This document shows positions 38,478 to 50,278 of a DNA stretch of 64,000 bases, one piece after another. A program made the translations under genes and the position numbers. This stretch comes from Asterionella formosa (taxonomy: Eukaryota): assembly GCA_002256025.1 (NCBI GenBank), contig NKIB01012947.1:1-64000 (forward strand), in the 5' to 3' direction. The stretch's first letter is position 1. Each line of letters begins with the position of its first letter. The notes below the pieces were generated by a model, which made no database searches, had not been told where the DNA came from, and saw only the letters and a list, made by a program, of their open reading frames with translations.

Positions 38478-39850
38478 CTAGTTCTGGACCGAGCCAACAT
38501 TCCGCAAAATCGATGTACATCCTGAGCTCCGAAAGACTCCTTCACCAACTGCATCACCAGCTCGCCTGGGAGGGCAAAACAAGGAACAGAATGTGGCACT
38601 TGAAGCACACAACCGATTGATACAGTCATAAACCAGATAAGTCCAAGTGATGCTTGTCGAATCGAAGCAAAAAGTCTCCAAAGTGTCATTCTTTGCGAGA
38701 CACTCAAATAATACAATGGAAGCACTTTCCGAGAATTTGCAATGTAAAATATTCAGCTCTTTGACATACAAGTTGTAATTCAAACCTTGAAATAGTGAGT
38801 TGATCGTTGTGGTAGAAATGCCTACTACACCGACCAGATCCATTTTTTGGAATGGGTAGTTGAATACGAGTGTTTCAATTACCTCAGATGGTGTTCGCCT
38901 GTCACTACATGCTGTACAAAACGGAGAAAGTCCATTTTGTTTCGAGCACTGTGCAATAGCCATGGGACCCTTTTCTGCAAGTAATGTGATCACATCTTCA
39001 CGCATGTTTGCGACAGATAGGCACACATGCAGCGGCGTGTAGTCACGCGCAAGACAACCAATTTCCATCATTTCAGGAAATTTTTCGATGATGAATTCAT
39101 TGATAGAATTCCCAACACCACTAGAGCACAAAGTATGCAGAGCAGTAATGCCGCCTTTTGTTACTCTTGTAAACAAGCTTTTTTCCCATTCATAGAATAG
39201 CTTGATGATATTCAAGGATACACCAGGATTCTGAAGCAACACCGTGAGCGCTGTGAAATTCATAAAATTGGTTGCTGACAAAAGAGAAAGGTCTCCAGCA
39301 ATGAGTAAAAACTTGATGACTTCCAAACTTGGAACTTTGGCTGAACATGCTGAATACAGCGCAGTGCAGCACTCGTCTTCAGGATGAAAGTAGCCTACCG
39401 CATCAGGATTTGCTTGGAACGTGAACTGAACGAGTTCCAAGCTAGCACCAAGGTGACAGAAATGAAAAAGCAATGATCTGGAATGACTAAGGGAGTATGA
39501 ATAGAATGGACGAACTGCGTAGTCTGGATTGAAAGAGAGGCATTCTTCGAGTGCAATCATGGCGGCAACTTCGTCAAAAAGAAGAACGGTTCCGATGTCA
39601 GTAGGGTCGATATCGATGAGGCCGAGAAGCCTTTCCTCGGCAGATTCCTGTCGATGAAGGAAGAATTTGATTTGTATTTGCAAATTATATGAGGATTACA
39701 GTCACATTTAGGATGCCCTGGAATTGCTTTTGGCAAAGGAAAGATTCAAATGTCAGAACACGAAGAACAACAGTATTTTCGCACCTTCATGGACTCAAAT
39801 TCGAACTCCTGTTCGAAATAGCTTATCTTTCTCTTTGATTGATTCCTCAT
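38478..39850 (-). CDS. Ankyrin-repeat protein; probably 2 exons
   Basis: Putative exon 1 is 39850-39785 (MRNQSKRK...SMK|GTGCG), with acceptor CAG at 39650-39648 and exon 2 at 39647-38478. Ankyrin-like cores: CTALYSAC, FTALTVLL, ITALHTLC, YTPLHVCL, LSPFCTAC. The 3' end is uncertain. Confidence 0.7.
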
Positions 39851-39984
39851 GTACGCAATTGATTGCTCCCCCAAAAGTGAATGTCAGAAACGATAAGCAA
39901 GTTGCTGAAGGTCATGAACAACTGCCTTTGTCTGTTCTGATTTAACGACAACGCAAAATTCAGCTAGAAAAAGCTCAGGGATAA

Positions 39985-40490
39985 CGGTATACCGGTACTG
40001 TACTTATGTCCCATGATGAGGCGATACCGGTACCAGGTACCTTACCTACCTGATGGTACAAAAGGTACAGAGCAACAGCCGGTCGTAGACCAAAAGGCAA
40101 AGCGCGATGTGTGCCTACCTGGTACCAGGTATAGTAACTTAATGTGCCACACCACCATGTTGCATTGTCCGATTGATACTGAGCGACACAATCCTCACGA
40201 CTCAACACATTCATACCGTACTATGTACATGTACGTTGGTGCGTAATTCCCGGTTCGGGGCTTTTTAGGATACCGGTTGCTATGAATAGCTACCACTGTG
40301 GTTTGTCTAATTTTAACTCCAGCGGAGTAATAAGAACAAGCACCAGCCAAAACAGTACCAGTACTTAGTACGGAACGTTTTTCATTCAGCGGAGCGACAG
40401 GCAGACAGATTAACGACCCGGTAATGAATCCGAGCAGATACAGTACGTATTGTACATAGTAGACGCTCTACCGTATGTACCGGTACTATG
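39985..40490. promoter_or_regulatory. TACCGGTA/GGTACC palindrome cluster in the divergent ankyrin-carnitine acetyltransferase promoter
   Basis: ggtataccggtac (~39986), ataccggtaccaggtacc (~40024), tacctggtaccaggta (~40116), gtaccggtac (~40477). Confidence 0.45.
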
Positions 40491-40560
40491 ACAAAAACGA
40501 AGTCATGATGGATGGCAACGACGACTTGCTCTTGATCCGCTATCACCTCCACTCGTCACC

Positions 40561-42534
40561 ATGGCGCTGATGCTCTTGAGACGGCGTTCAGTGCAAAAAC
40601 TCCTTCGAAAACGTACCATGAGTTCTACTGCGAAGCTATGGCAAAACATCAAAGTAGTTTACAGCGACGGAGACTACGCGAAGGACGCTTTTCTCGAAGA
40701 TCACGATCTTCCCCTTTATGCACATCAGAGCAGCCTTCCGTTACTGCCTGTTCCAAAAATTCAGGAGACCATAAATAGATTCCTTCAAACAGCTCTCCCT
40801 TTGGCAGATAATGAAGAAGAATCAGCTTCTCTACGCCAAGCCTGTGTCGAATTTCCGTCGCAAGCTCATCATCTCCAGGAGCGCCTTGTGAGTCGAGCGA
40901 CTACACGAAAAGACACTTCGTGGTTACTTTCATGGTGGAATTCGATTGGATACTTGCAGGTTCGAGATCCAAATATCATACATGTTAGTTATTTCTTTCA
41001 ACTTCGAGATGACCCAACGCTGGGCCAACGAGATCGACAGGTTCGTCGAGGAGCGTCGCTATTACGGTCGAGTTTTGCGTATGCCTCAAAGGTTGTCTCT
41101 GGGGAATACCCCCAAGAAACTCTTGGCAAGGAGAAGATTCCTTTATGTTCTTCTGCTTACAAGTATATGTTTCACGCCACACGCATTCCCAAAAAAATTC
41201 AAGATTCGTATCGCATGTACAATCCCACGAAATATTCGCATGCGGTTGTCGTCGTTTCTGGTCAGTTCTTTCAAGTTCCGTTGACAGACTTTGACGGCAA
41301 CACGAGGACCTTACATGATTTCGAAACCAGTCTTCTGGAGTGTATTGATCGTGCGTCTTGGAATTACAACGAGCCACCGATGGAATTGGGATGGTTGTCA
41401 ACCATGAACCGCGACGACTGGGCTGATGCACGGCATGCACTTGTCCAGCTGGGGGGTCAGCCTATGGCTGACGCTTTGAAAATACTGGAAAGTGGCATGC
41501 TGTTGTTATGTTTGGACGATGACGAAGCATTTTCTCCGCAACAATGTGCCACGAAGTACTGGCATGGTGGGCAGACATCTGGTGGTAATCGATGGGCTGA
41601 TAAGTCAATACAGTTAATTTGTTCAAAAAACGGCAAAGTTGGTTTTGTGGGGGAACACAGTATGATGGATGGAATGCCTGCTGTTGGTTTTTGTAACTAT
41701 ATTCAAGAAGAAACGTATGGAAAACAACAACATCAAGACCAAAGTGGCGTGACGATTGCGGAAGTGAGCAATATCTTTGAAGATGCCTTTTCGGTTTTGT
41801 CGCCCGATGACAGGGACACTCTTCAGCAATACATCGACAAGGCGAAGGCTAACTTTTATAAGTTGACAGCGGAGTATGAAATGGAAGTGCAGGACTTTCG
41901 TGGTTACGGAAGTTCTTGGATGAAGCAATCCGGGTGTTCGCCTGATGCATTCGTTCAAATGGCAATTCAATTAGCTACTTATCGATTGTTTGGTTCACCG
42001 CAAGCGACGTATGAATCAACTCAAGTGAGACGATTTTTGCATGGACGAACAGAAGCAACTCGAACTTTGTCGCCCGCTAGCAGTGCCTTCGTCGCAAGCA
42101 TGGGACTTCGAGCTGGAAGTGGGGCAAATAAAGGCGAAAAGGAACGGCTCTTGCGATTAGCGCTTGAATCTCATGTGGAATATGTTCGCAATGCAGGTCA
42201 AGGCAAAGGAGTAGACCGTCACTTCCTTGGATTGTCCTTGCTTATCGAACAAGGAGAGGAAACTCCTTCTTTGTTTCTCCATCCCCTTTTTCAGCGATCA
42301 AAAAGGTGGCGTGTTAGTACATCCACGTTACCAAATACGCCAGGATTTGGTCCTGTAGTCCCGGACGGTGTTGGGGTAGCGTACGAAATACGACCTAACT
42401 CGTGCATCTTTACTGTGGCAGGACGAACTGAGTTCGCCTTTGCGGATCGGCTTTGCCACCTTCTTGAGGAAAGTTTATTGGAAATGAAACTTCTAATCGA
42501 GGATATCAATGAGAATCCAATGAGCAAATTGTGA
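40561..42534 (+). CDS. CRAT: Carnitine O-acetyltransferase (choline/carnitine acyltransferase family) with a mitochondrial-type presequence and PTS1
   Basis: Motifs LPLLPVP, SWL..WW, NRWADK, catalytic GEHSMMDG, SPDAFVQMAIQLA, TYESTQVRRFLHGRTE, GKGVDRH, STS and GFGPVVPDGVGV. The N-terminus is Arg-rich and the protein ends in SKL. Confidence 0.94.
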   Translation: MALMLLRRRSVQKLLRKRTMSSTAKLWQNIKVVYSDGDYAKDAFLEDHDLPLYAHQSSLPLLPVPKIQETINRFLQTALPLADNEEESASLRQACVEFPSQAHHLQERLVSRATTRKDTSWLLSWWNSIGYLQVRDPNIIHVSYFFQLRDDPTLGQRDRQVRRGASLLRSSFAYASKVVSGEYPQETLGKEKIPLCSSAYKYMFHATRIPKKIQDSYRMYNPTKYSHAVVVVSGQFFQVPLTDFDGNTRTLHDFETSLLECIDRASWNYNEPPMELGWLSTMNRDDWADARHALVQLGGQPMADALKILESGMLLLCLDDDEAFSPQQCATKYWHGGQTSGGNRWADKSIQLICSKNGKVGFVGEHSMMDGMPAVGFCNYIQEETYGKQQHQDQSGVTIAEVSNIFEDAFSVLSPDDRDTLQQYIDKAKANFYKLTAEYEMEVQDFRGYGSSWMKQSGCSPDAFVQMAIQLATYRLFGSPQATYESTQVRRFLHGRTEATRTLSPASSAFVASMGLRAGSGANKGEKERLLRLALESHVEYVRNAGQGKGVDRHFLGLSLLIEQGEETPSLFLHPLFQRSKRWRVSTSTLPNTPGFGPVVPDGVGVAYEIRPNSCIFTVAGRTEFAFADRLCHLLEESLLEMKLLIEDINENPMSKL

Positions 42535-42800
42535 TGGAATCTATTTTTTTGACGAGTACGATGTAGTGTAACGCTCAGACGAAACAGTATAACTGCACGA
42601 TCTATGACTAATTTAAGCTGCACTGTCGATATTGAAGATCGCCTACCGGTACTAAACCTTGATGGAACGAGAGTATCAGGGCGCAAATGTGTGCGATACA
42701 CACGACAACTTTCAAACCCTTGTCCTTAATGCATTTAAAGTCGCCTTGACATACCCAATATACGGTGCTATAGATACAACGTGTCGGCGCATCACTCGTT

Positions 42801-43226
42801 CTACATGAGCTCCTCGTCGTCACGCATCAGCTGAACTGAAAGCTCGGGATTACTGACACGCAGATCTCCAGATCGAATCTGCGAATAATTCAGAAAGGCG
42901 CCAACCAGTCCACACCCAATCAAGGCACCAGAGATGCTCCCCATCAAAGCACCGGAGATTCTCTCCCAGACTGATGGCACTCTGTGATTGGTTTTTGTCG
43001 GATCCATCATGGCAAACATGCTGTCACTATGCGTCCACAGAAAATAAATAAAGCATGTCATGCCAATCCAGCTCAAAACCGAATAAAATTGAATGCGTCG
43101 CCATAGATATTGGCCGATCGAATCGTCGCTTGGCCTTCCAAAGTTAAACCATCGCTTCTTCTCGATTGTTTGGCCTATCACTGCTCCCAGTGGAAGGCAA
43201 ATGGAAAAGGAAAACATGGAGGCCAT
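42801..43226 (-). CDS. Hypothetical small membrane protein
   Basis: ORF from ATG 43226 (MASMFSFSICLPLGAVIG) with three hydrophobic segments, coding-like GC, and a GGTACC cluster upstream (~43335). No family recognised. Confidence 0.45.
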   Translation of the reverse strand: MASMFSFSICLPLGAVIGQTIEKKRWFNFGRPSDDSIGQYLWRRIQFYSVLSWIGMTCFIYFLWTHSDSMFAMMDPTKTNHRVPSVWERISGALMGSISGALIGCGLVGAFLNYSQIRSGDLRVSNPELSVQLMRDDEELM

Positions 43227-44408
43227 GCTGGGGTTGAAGATTATTGCTGCAGGCGATACCAACCAGTACAAGGAAGTTTATTAGGATGCGACGCTTGAAG
43301 GAGGACTATGGACCTATTGTTATTAGTGGGACCCTGGTACCAGGTACCAAAAAAATTTCAAAATTGAGGGCGCAGGATAAAATTAAGACAGTTTCCTTAT
43401 CATGCTATTTTATCACAGTCATTCAGATATGACGAAATCTATGAGCACAACACACGGTACGTAGGTTTTACAAGCCACCCTTATGCATCTTTCTGCTGAA
43501 AGATAAACCCGATGATTATCCTACATACCGGTAGTAAATTCTGTTGCTATTTATTTTAGTTTTCCTGTACATACTTCTTTCATCTGTGATTCAATTAGGA
43601 TTGAATAAATACCGGTAAATGATTGCCTGTTTCATTGATAGCTTTTGAGTCTCAGCCAGTCATCCTTGATCAAAGTTCAACCATCAACAATTCAAGGCAA
43701 ATATCATTGTAGCTTGCTGATATTTGCTGATACTGAAAAGCACTGTGGGACCATCCCAATTCTTTGGACCCCTGTTTTGCAAGAGACTCCTACATACAAC
43801 CCTGTTACTGCAGATTTCCATACTAGAAAATAAAACTACAAATCAAATTGTAAGAACTCTTTAGTGTAAGTATCATGAGTGAGGTGAATACCTGCAAGCA
43901 ATCATTAGATTTGGTTGCGTGTTGACATCTATTTAACATTCAAGAATGCAAGTATGCAACAACTGCAAGTAAGCATTGGATGGCAGCTACCATTCATCCT
44001 GCAAGCTAGTAAATTTATCTAAGTGGCATTAGATAAGCACTCAAAATCAACTCCAACAGTCAAACTGGATGAAATAACATCAGAAAGATTTAGTTAGATA
44101 AAAATTCCCATTTTGCACTCTAGGAGCTGCTTACTGCTTATGACATAGTATGGGAGATAAGAGGATAATCTTGGTGCATTAAAGGTGTTAGACAATCATG
44201 ATGTCGGTTTGAGACAAGTAGTCATATCACAAGTCATGAATCGATGTCCTTAAATTTCAAGCCTAAAAACGCAACTAAAGAATCCCAGATAAAATACACA
44301 ACAATGGGTTCAAGTCAGAAGAATCTATTTGTTGTATAGCATGCTAGAATAGTACGAATGATTTCGAAAGGACCCTCAGTATAAACAGTGGTCCACTTCT
44401 ACCCATGT

Positions 44409-46173
44409 TTAGTGACCAGACATACCAACAGCTCCCTTGAAGGCCTCGTCCACCACCTCCGATAAAGTAGGATGGGTGTGCACCATCATGGACAATTCTT
44501 GCACAGTCGTTCCAGCAGCGATAGCGTTAGCACATTCTTGGATCAGATCAGCAGCATGGATTCCAATGATGTGAACGGCAACGACCTTGCCGGTGTCTTT
44601 GTTGAACAGAACCTTGCAAATTCCAACACCTTCACCTTCAGCCAACGCTTTCGAGTTGGCCCTGAAACTTCCTTGTGACTTGCCCAGGGTCCAACCTTCC
44701 TTTTCGGCCTTAACGATACATTGCTCCTCCGTTGGTCCAACCATGGAAATCTCAGGGTGAGTAAAGCAGGCTGCAGGAATAGCATCATGGTTCACCTCAT
44801 GGGAGCGTCCGCAAATGTTTTCAATGGCCGAGATACCTTGTGCCGACGCGGCGTGCGCCAGCATCATTTTCCCGTTGGCATCACCAATGCAATAGAGACC
44901 AGGAATGACTTCACCCCCCTCTTGCTTGGTCAAGACTTGCATCTTTCCGTTGACAGCAACAAATCCACGCACGGTCTCAATACCCATTTCAGCCAATCCC
45001 ATATTCGCTGTGTTGGGTACACGTCCAGTGGCAACCATGGCGGCGTCAACCTCAAGCGTTTCAACGTGTTCTCTGTCATTGGCAACAGCATCAGTAATCC
45101 AATGTTCGGCATATTACAAGTCAAAGAACTGATGGAGATGTACTTACTTAGTCTTGGCATCAATCATCTTGATTGTAACAGGCTTGATTCCTGGAATACC
45201 TGGTGTCACTTCACTTGCAAAGACACCTGTTCGGAAGTCAATCGCTCGTTCACGAATCAAAAGACGCTCAGCCTGCTTTGCGATCTCCCTGTCGAACGTT
45301 GGCATGAGTGTGTCCAGGGCTTCAATAAATGTGACTTCACTACCGAGCGCCGTGTAGACATCGGAAAACTCGAGCCCAATGTAACCCGAGCCGATAATGG
45401 CTACCCATTCGGGGATAAATTGAAGTTCCAAAGCACCGTCAGATGTATAAACCGTTTTTTCGTCAACTATCACACCAGGAGGTACAAAAGGGATGGAGCC
45501 AGGGGCTAAGATGATGTCCTGTGGATCGGGTGTTTTGCGAGAACGATTGTATTAGTGAAGTCAATTGTCAAGAAAGCTGCCTACAACTCTCATTCACAAT
45601 CAACTACTAAATCAATATCAAAACATCCGCAATAAATAAACGTACCTTGGCAGTATAAACCTTACCAGTCGCTTCATCCTTAACTTCGTGTGGCTTGCCC
45701 GTCAAGACACCTCGCCCTTCAATCACATCGACACCAAGGCCAACCAAACTGGCTTCCAAATTTCCCTTGACTCGGTTGGCCAAATTCTTGGCATGCGCCG
45801 CAATACCTTCTCGGTTAAACTTGACTTCACCTTCGACATGGATTCCCAAGTCGGCTAGGTGCGACGCATCTCGCATGTCACGCACTCTGCCAGAGGCTGC
45901 GAGCAAGGCCTTGCTGGGCACGCATCCGCGGTTAACACAAGTTCCGCCAACGTCGCCCCCGGCAAAGACGGCTGTCTTGAGCGATTGACCACGTGAGTGA
46001 AGAGCAGCTCCGTGCCCACCAACCCCGCATCCGATAATGGCCACGTCAAAGTCAAAGTCTGAGGCCATCTTGAGAGATACGCTGCGAGAAGCGAAAGTGG
46101 GCTTCATTGTGCTGAATGCAAGAGCGCCATTGCTCACGAGAGCCAGGCAAGCGAAGGAGTGAAAGAGTGTCAT
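44409..46173 (-). CDS. lpdA: Plastid dihydrolipoamide dehydrogenase (E3); 3 exons
   Basis: Exons 46173-45646, 45518-45148 and 45072-44409, all GT-AG and in frame. Signal peptide plus ALA-F. Motifs [47 protein letters not shown] and HTHPTLSE. Confidence 0.96.
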
Positions 46174-46239
46174 ATTGTAGCGGCAATGTATGAATGAATT
46201 ATTTAAAATTCACTTTTCTTTATAACAATAACAATGGTA

Positions 46240-46700
46240 CTGGGATACCGGGTATAAGGCTGAACAACTTATTTTGTCGATGATGTCGATGTTCACGTCG
46301 ATGTCGTTTTCTCACTGCTGCGTGGCTGCCGCTTTCTTTTTGTCTACCGGTACCTGGTACCAGGTACCTTGTCTAGGATCCTAGTCGGTATTTCTGTGTA
46401 TAGATATACCGGTATATATCGGTATGTGTGCACTAGAACTGCTTGATGTGTCGATCATTGCTTGATTGCCCTGGTAGTTTTGGTGATTTGTTTGACATCT
46501 GAACACGTACTTGACTAGGAATCTTGTCCGTACGGTATCTTTCAAAAAGTTCAATTCTTTAGATTCCGGTTTTAAGTTTTGGGGTTCTTCTTTCCTTTCA
46601 GTCGGCAAGCAGCCATGCATCATCAGTTACATACGGTAATCTTGGGACGTTGGTTCTGCACTTTTTCTTCTTATGTACCGGTATGCCGGTACTGGTAGAT
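46240..46700. promoter_or_regulatory. GGTACC/TACCGGTA palindrome cluster upstream of lpdA
   Basis: taccggtacctggtaccaggtacc (~46345-46368), atataccggtatat (~46404), gtaccggtatgccggtactggta (~46675). Confidence 0.45.
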
Positions 46701-47005
46701 TAGTATATTAGCCCACCTTTTTGCTGCATCGCTCATGTGTACACAACCCGAACAAGTGTGCAATTTTCTGCCTAAAAAACAACAACTGCAGGTATGCCAG
46801 AGCAGTTACTAGATTATTGAGGCACTTAGCACTGACTACTATACTCTTATTGTGCTTCATAATTGTACTGCCCACTTTATGAATTGGTTCTCCTCCCTGC
46901 ATCACTGTAAACCAGAATAGACCGTAGATTCATCATTTGTCTGTCGTTTGGTTGCTAAGTGTCTGTGCGTTCGTTTCTCCTACATGTTCTGGTTTTGATT
47001 TCCCA

Positions 47006-47620
47006 TTACCGTTCCTTTTCTTTCTTGTATGAACGATCGTAATCGTCAATTCCGGTCGTTCGATTGATACCCAATATCCTTACGCCGTTCATAAAAGGCA
47101 ACTTTCCAACAATGCACACCAACCATACAGCAACATTCAACAAGCTCCACTCCATATCGTAATTAGCGAAATGACAAGCCGCGTAACACAAAAGAGTCGG
47201 GATTACTAGCAAGACCGTCCGTGCATTGCTCGTCCCTTCGGTACTGTCAAGTTGCTCCCAAAACGTCATGGCATTCATTTCTCCTTGCTCGTAGAAATTA
47301 GGCGATCCCTTGATCCAATGCAAGTATACCAAGGAAACGAGGCAGTGCAAGGTGGCCGTCACAGTCCAGCTGACCGAAAAATCAACACATCCCAAGACAA
47401 TCAAATGCACCATGAAAAGGATAGCCATATAGGTGGCTAGCAGTTGCCAGCCAGCATTGGAGACCCAATCGGTGTTACGATTGCGGGAGAGTTCAAAGGG
47501 GAGCAAGTCATTTCCTTCACCGTACAATCCGGAGTATGTTCGTGGAATATCTTTTGAATTCATACGGGGTCTGGCAGGAGGTGGAGGACGAATGGGAGAG
47601 GGGGGTGCCTGGGATCGCAT
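47006..47620 (-). CDS. ORMDL: ORMDL/Orm family regulator of serine palmitoyltransferase
   Basis: ATG 47620 (MRSQAPP). Motifs NRNTDWV, SWTVT..LH, LHWIKGSP, MTFWEQLD, LLVIP and KLPFMNGVRILGIN. Confidence 0.92.
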   Translation of the reverse strand: MRSQAPPSPIRPPPPARPRMNSKDIPRTYSGLYGEGNDLLPFELSRNRNTDWVSNAGWQLLATYMAILFMVHLIVLGCVDFSVSWTVTATLHCLVSLVYLHWIKGSPNFYEQGEMNAMTFWEQLDSTEGTSNARTVLLVIPTLLCYAACHFANYDMEWSLLNVAVWLVCIVGKLPFMNGVRILGINRTTGIDDYDRSYKKEKER

Positions 47621-48059
47621 AGTCAATTGGCTTGGCGCACGTGGCTGGAAGGGTGCAATCTGAACTATCGTTGAGAAGTAGCAGCAGCAATGAGTCGTTG
47701 CACAAGTTACCGTTGATTCAAGTTGCAGTCTAATGAACACGCCTTGGATAGAGTTGAGCAATTGATTTGGTATGAATGGAAGTGAAGCAGGGTGTAGCGC
47801 AAACTGAAGCAATAAAGTAATGCCGGTAAATATGTTCTTTTTTCGTGGAGTTTGGTCCCGTGCCCATCACAGTATTGAGAACCTAGCGAGAGCCTTGTTC
47901 CAGCAACCACCACAGCGTGATAAGCAAGCGGCACCATCAAGCACCCAAAGAAGGCGGCAGAATTTAACGGGTGCAGTTGCAACTATAAATGAGAGCGCGG
48001 AGCTCTCAGAACCAAGATACCAGTGGTCCTTTCACAAGAAACACCACCAGGCACAACCG

Positions 48060-48310
48060 GTAGACTGCAGTACCTGGTACCAGGTAGTCTACCGGTACCG
48101 CACTCGGAGTCGATCGGAGTATCATGGTACCCTGGTTCCGGTACTACCGGTATAACATGTACTGGAATGTATATACAGCTACAAGTAGCAGCTAGTAGCT
48201 GTAATACAAAGGGGCAGCAGGTACTCCGTACTCCAGAACCAGGTAACAGGTACTCCTGTACCTGGTATGGTATCCTCCTTGCTATCGGACGTGGTACCTG
48301 GACCAGGTCC
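48060..48310. promoter_or_regulatory. Dense GGTACC/TACC palindrome cluster in the divergent ORMDL-ankyrin promoter
   Basis: gtacctggtaccaggtagtctaccggtaccg (~48070-48100), tggtaccctggttccggtactaccggta (~48125-48152), gtacctggta, ggtacctggaccagg. Confidence 0.45.
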
Positions 48311-48452
48311 TGCGTAGCTACATAAACCTCGGCGTCCTCAGCATCCTTTGTCTCATCGCTCACATGCATCATTGTTGTATAAACAAAATTGGCTGTTATT
48401 CAATACTTCAACTTTTGTTCAAGATAAATACAGCACCTACAACGTCGGTGAA

Positions 48453-49043
48453 ATGACTTGTCAAATTCTGTTCCTCTTCCTAGTCCTCGTGACGCTTCTG
48501 TCACTGACACTCGCTCTTGGTGATGCTCAAGACGACAGCTCATTGGAATACAATGCGGACGAAGTTGCCTTCTTCGATGCATGCGTCAATGGCAAAATGG
48601 ATGTTTTGAAAGGAATAATAGTGAAATTCTCCGATTGGGTTCACAAAGTGACAAACGACGGGGAACATTGCCTTCACTTGGCTGCCATTCAAGGTCAACC
48701 AGAAGTTACAACCTATATGCTTCAACAAGGTGCCGACCCCAATGTTCGTACATCCTTTAGCGGAGGCCTACGAATGCATCCATTGAGCTGGAATGTCTAT
48801 AGGGGAGATTATGACAATGTCAAGTCGCTGTTAGATGGAGGGGCGAATGTGAATTTAGATTTTGATGACATGGGGGAGGAGCAGAGGAAAGTCACTGTCT
48901 TGGATATATCGACTCGTTTGGTAAAAGGTACAAAAGCGAAAGGAGAAGAAGATGTGCTAGATAAATTTGATATCACGCATCAATATCTCTTGACTCGAGG
49001 TGCTAAACATTACATGGAAATAGAAATGCTACTTAATAGTTGA
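48453..49043 (+). CDS. Signal-peptide-bearing ankyrin-repeat protein, paralog 1
   Basis: ATG 48453 MTCQILFLFLVLVTLLSLTLALG (signal peptide). Motifs FFDACVNG, DGEHCLHLAAIQGQPEVTTYMLQQGADPN, MHPLSW and LLDGGANVN. Confidence 0.85.
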   Translation: MTCQILFLFLVLVTLLSLTLALGDAQDDSSLEYNADEVAFFDACVNGKMDVLKGIIVKFSDWVHKVTNDGEHCLHLAAIQGQPEVTTYMLQQGADPNVRTSFSGGLRMHPLSWNVYRGDYDNVKSLLDGGANVNLDFDDMGEEQRKVTVLDISTRLVKGTKAKGEEDVLDKFDITHQYLLTRGAKHYMEIEMLLNS

Positions 49044-49232
49044 ACGAAGGTATATTTTATGTGATGATAATGTATACCTGGAGTCGTTATTGTTCAATGG
49101 TAAGCTACGATTTTATCCTTGCCCTCTGCGTCAGGGCATTGACAGCAGAGCAATTAGCAGCTCCTCATCAGAAGTGGTAACACACAATCTTTTAATTGAA
49201 TGAATTGAAAAACATATTTTAGAAAAAATCCA

Positions 49233-49440
49233 CTGAATTGAAAATATACAATTTCGATCCAATTTGGTAATATGCCCCTCTTGCATGAATTGAAAATGTA
49301 CAATTTCGATCCAATTTGGTAATGCCCCTCTTGCAAGCTGGTTCAGTGGCCAAAAGCAGGGTGCCCCTGTATTATTTGCCAATAGCAATAAAATATTGCC
49401 CCTGTATTATTTGCCAATAGCAATAAAATGTTGCCCCTGT
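49233..49440. repeat. Two adjacent tandem duplications (~51 bp x2 and 35 bp x2), probably a transposon subterminal region
   Basis: tgaattgaaaat.tacaatttcgatccaatttggtaat..gcccctcttgca occurs twice; tgcccctgtattatttgccaatagcaataaaat occurs twice. Confidence 0.9.
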
Positions 49441-49960
49441 TCGATACCAATAAATTGGTGACCCTAGATCCAAAAAATCCAAATCAAGGTGGAACCTAAA
49501 GGAGCATTCCACTTTTGCACAATATATTGTTGCTCCAGTAGTAATGAAAAGCCTTGCATGGGATTAGGCCCAAAAGAGGGGCAACACTATACAGTCTATA
49601 GCAATACAAAAAGCGTTGCCCCTAAATTGGCATTTTAAAACCCTATGTAGGATGAAAACAAGAAATTCTTCTTGTTTTGTCTCTTTTTTTGTCAAGTCAC
49701 ACTTCTGGAACCTTTTGTTGTCAAGGAAAATGGATGCGCTTTTGCCTTTAGGACATTAAGGGGATGCATCAAATGGATACTTCCTGGTACCTGGTACTGC
49801 TACAATGTACCAGGTACTGGTACCCTCCTAGCATCTCAACAGTCCACCCTAAGACTGAAAAAGATGTCACAAAGATACCAACTACAGGGGCAAGCTTGCT
49901 TTAGGATACAAACCTTTGACCCCCTATAATGGAATTCAATACATGAAACGCTTTCGTATG

Positions 49961-50278
49961 TAGTAAAGGATAAACAGATCATGATATAAACAACTGCATT
50001 GCAAATCACAACAAACCCAATCGTTGCCAGACACAGAGAAAAACATTTACCAAATGTTTAATTCTACTAATGTGTGCTATATAATTAGTTTCATACCCTG
50101 TTGGTTTTACTGCTGGCTGGTACCAGCCAGGTAGCTGTTGGCTGGCTGCCCGGTATAAATCCATGGGTTGTTCAACATACATATGTATTGGTCATAAATA
50201 TTTCCACCATACTGTGCCTGTTCACTATTGAATGACCTTGCTTAGCTGGGGCACATTGCTTATAATATTTCTCTGCTA
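49961..50278. repeat. ~315 bp direct repeat, copy 1 (copy 2 at 51209-51526)
   Basis: tagtaaaggataaac.gatcatgatataaacaactgcattgcaaat ... taatatttctctgcta is present at both sites with few differences. Confidence 0.92.

Noticed and set aside
47621..47812. N-terminal extension of ORMDL in the ORF track
   Set aside because: Non-ATG start; the first ATG in frame is at 47620.
49233..49440. Short repeats as a possible CRISPR array
   Set aside because: The units are directly tandem with no unique spacers, there are no cas genes, and the context is eukaryotic.
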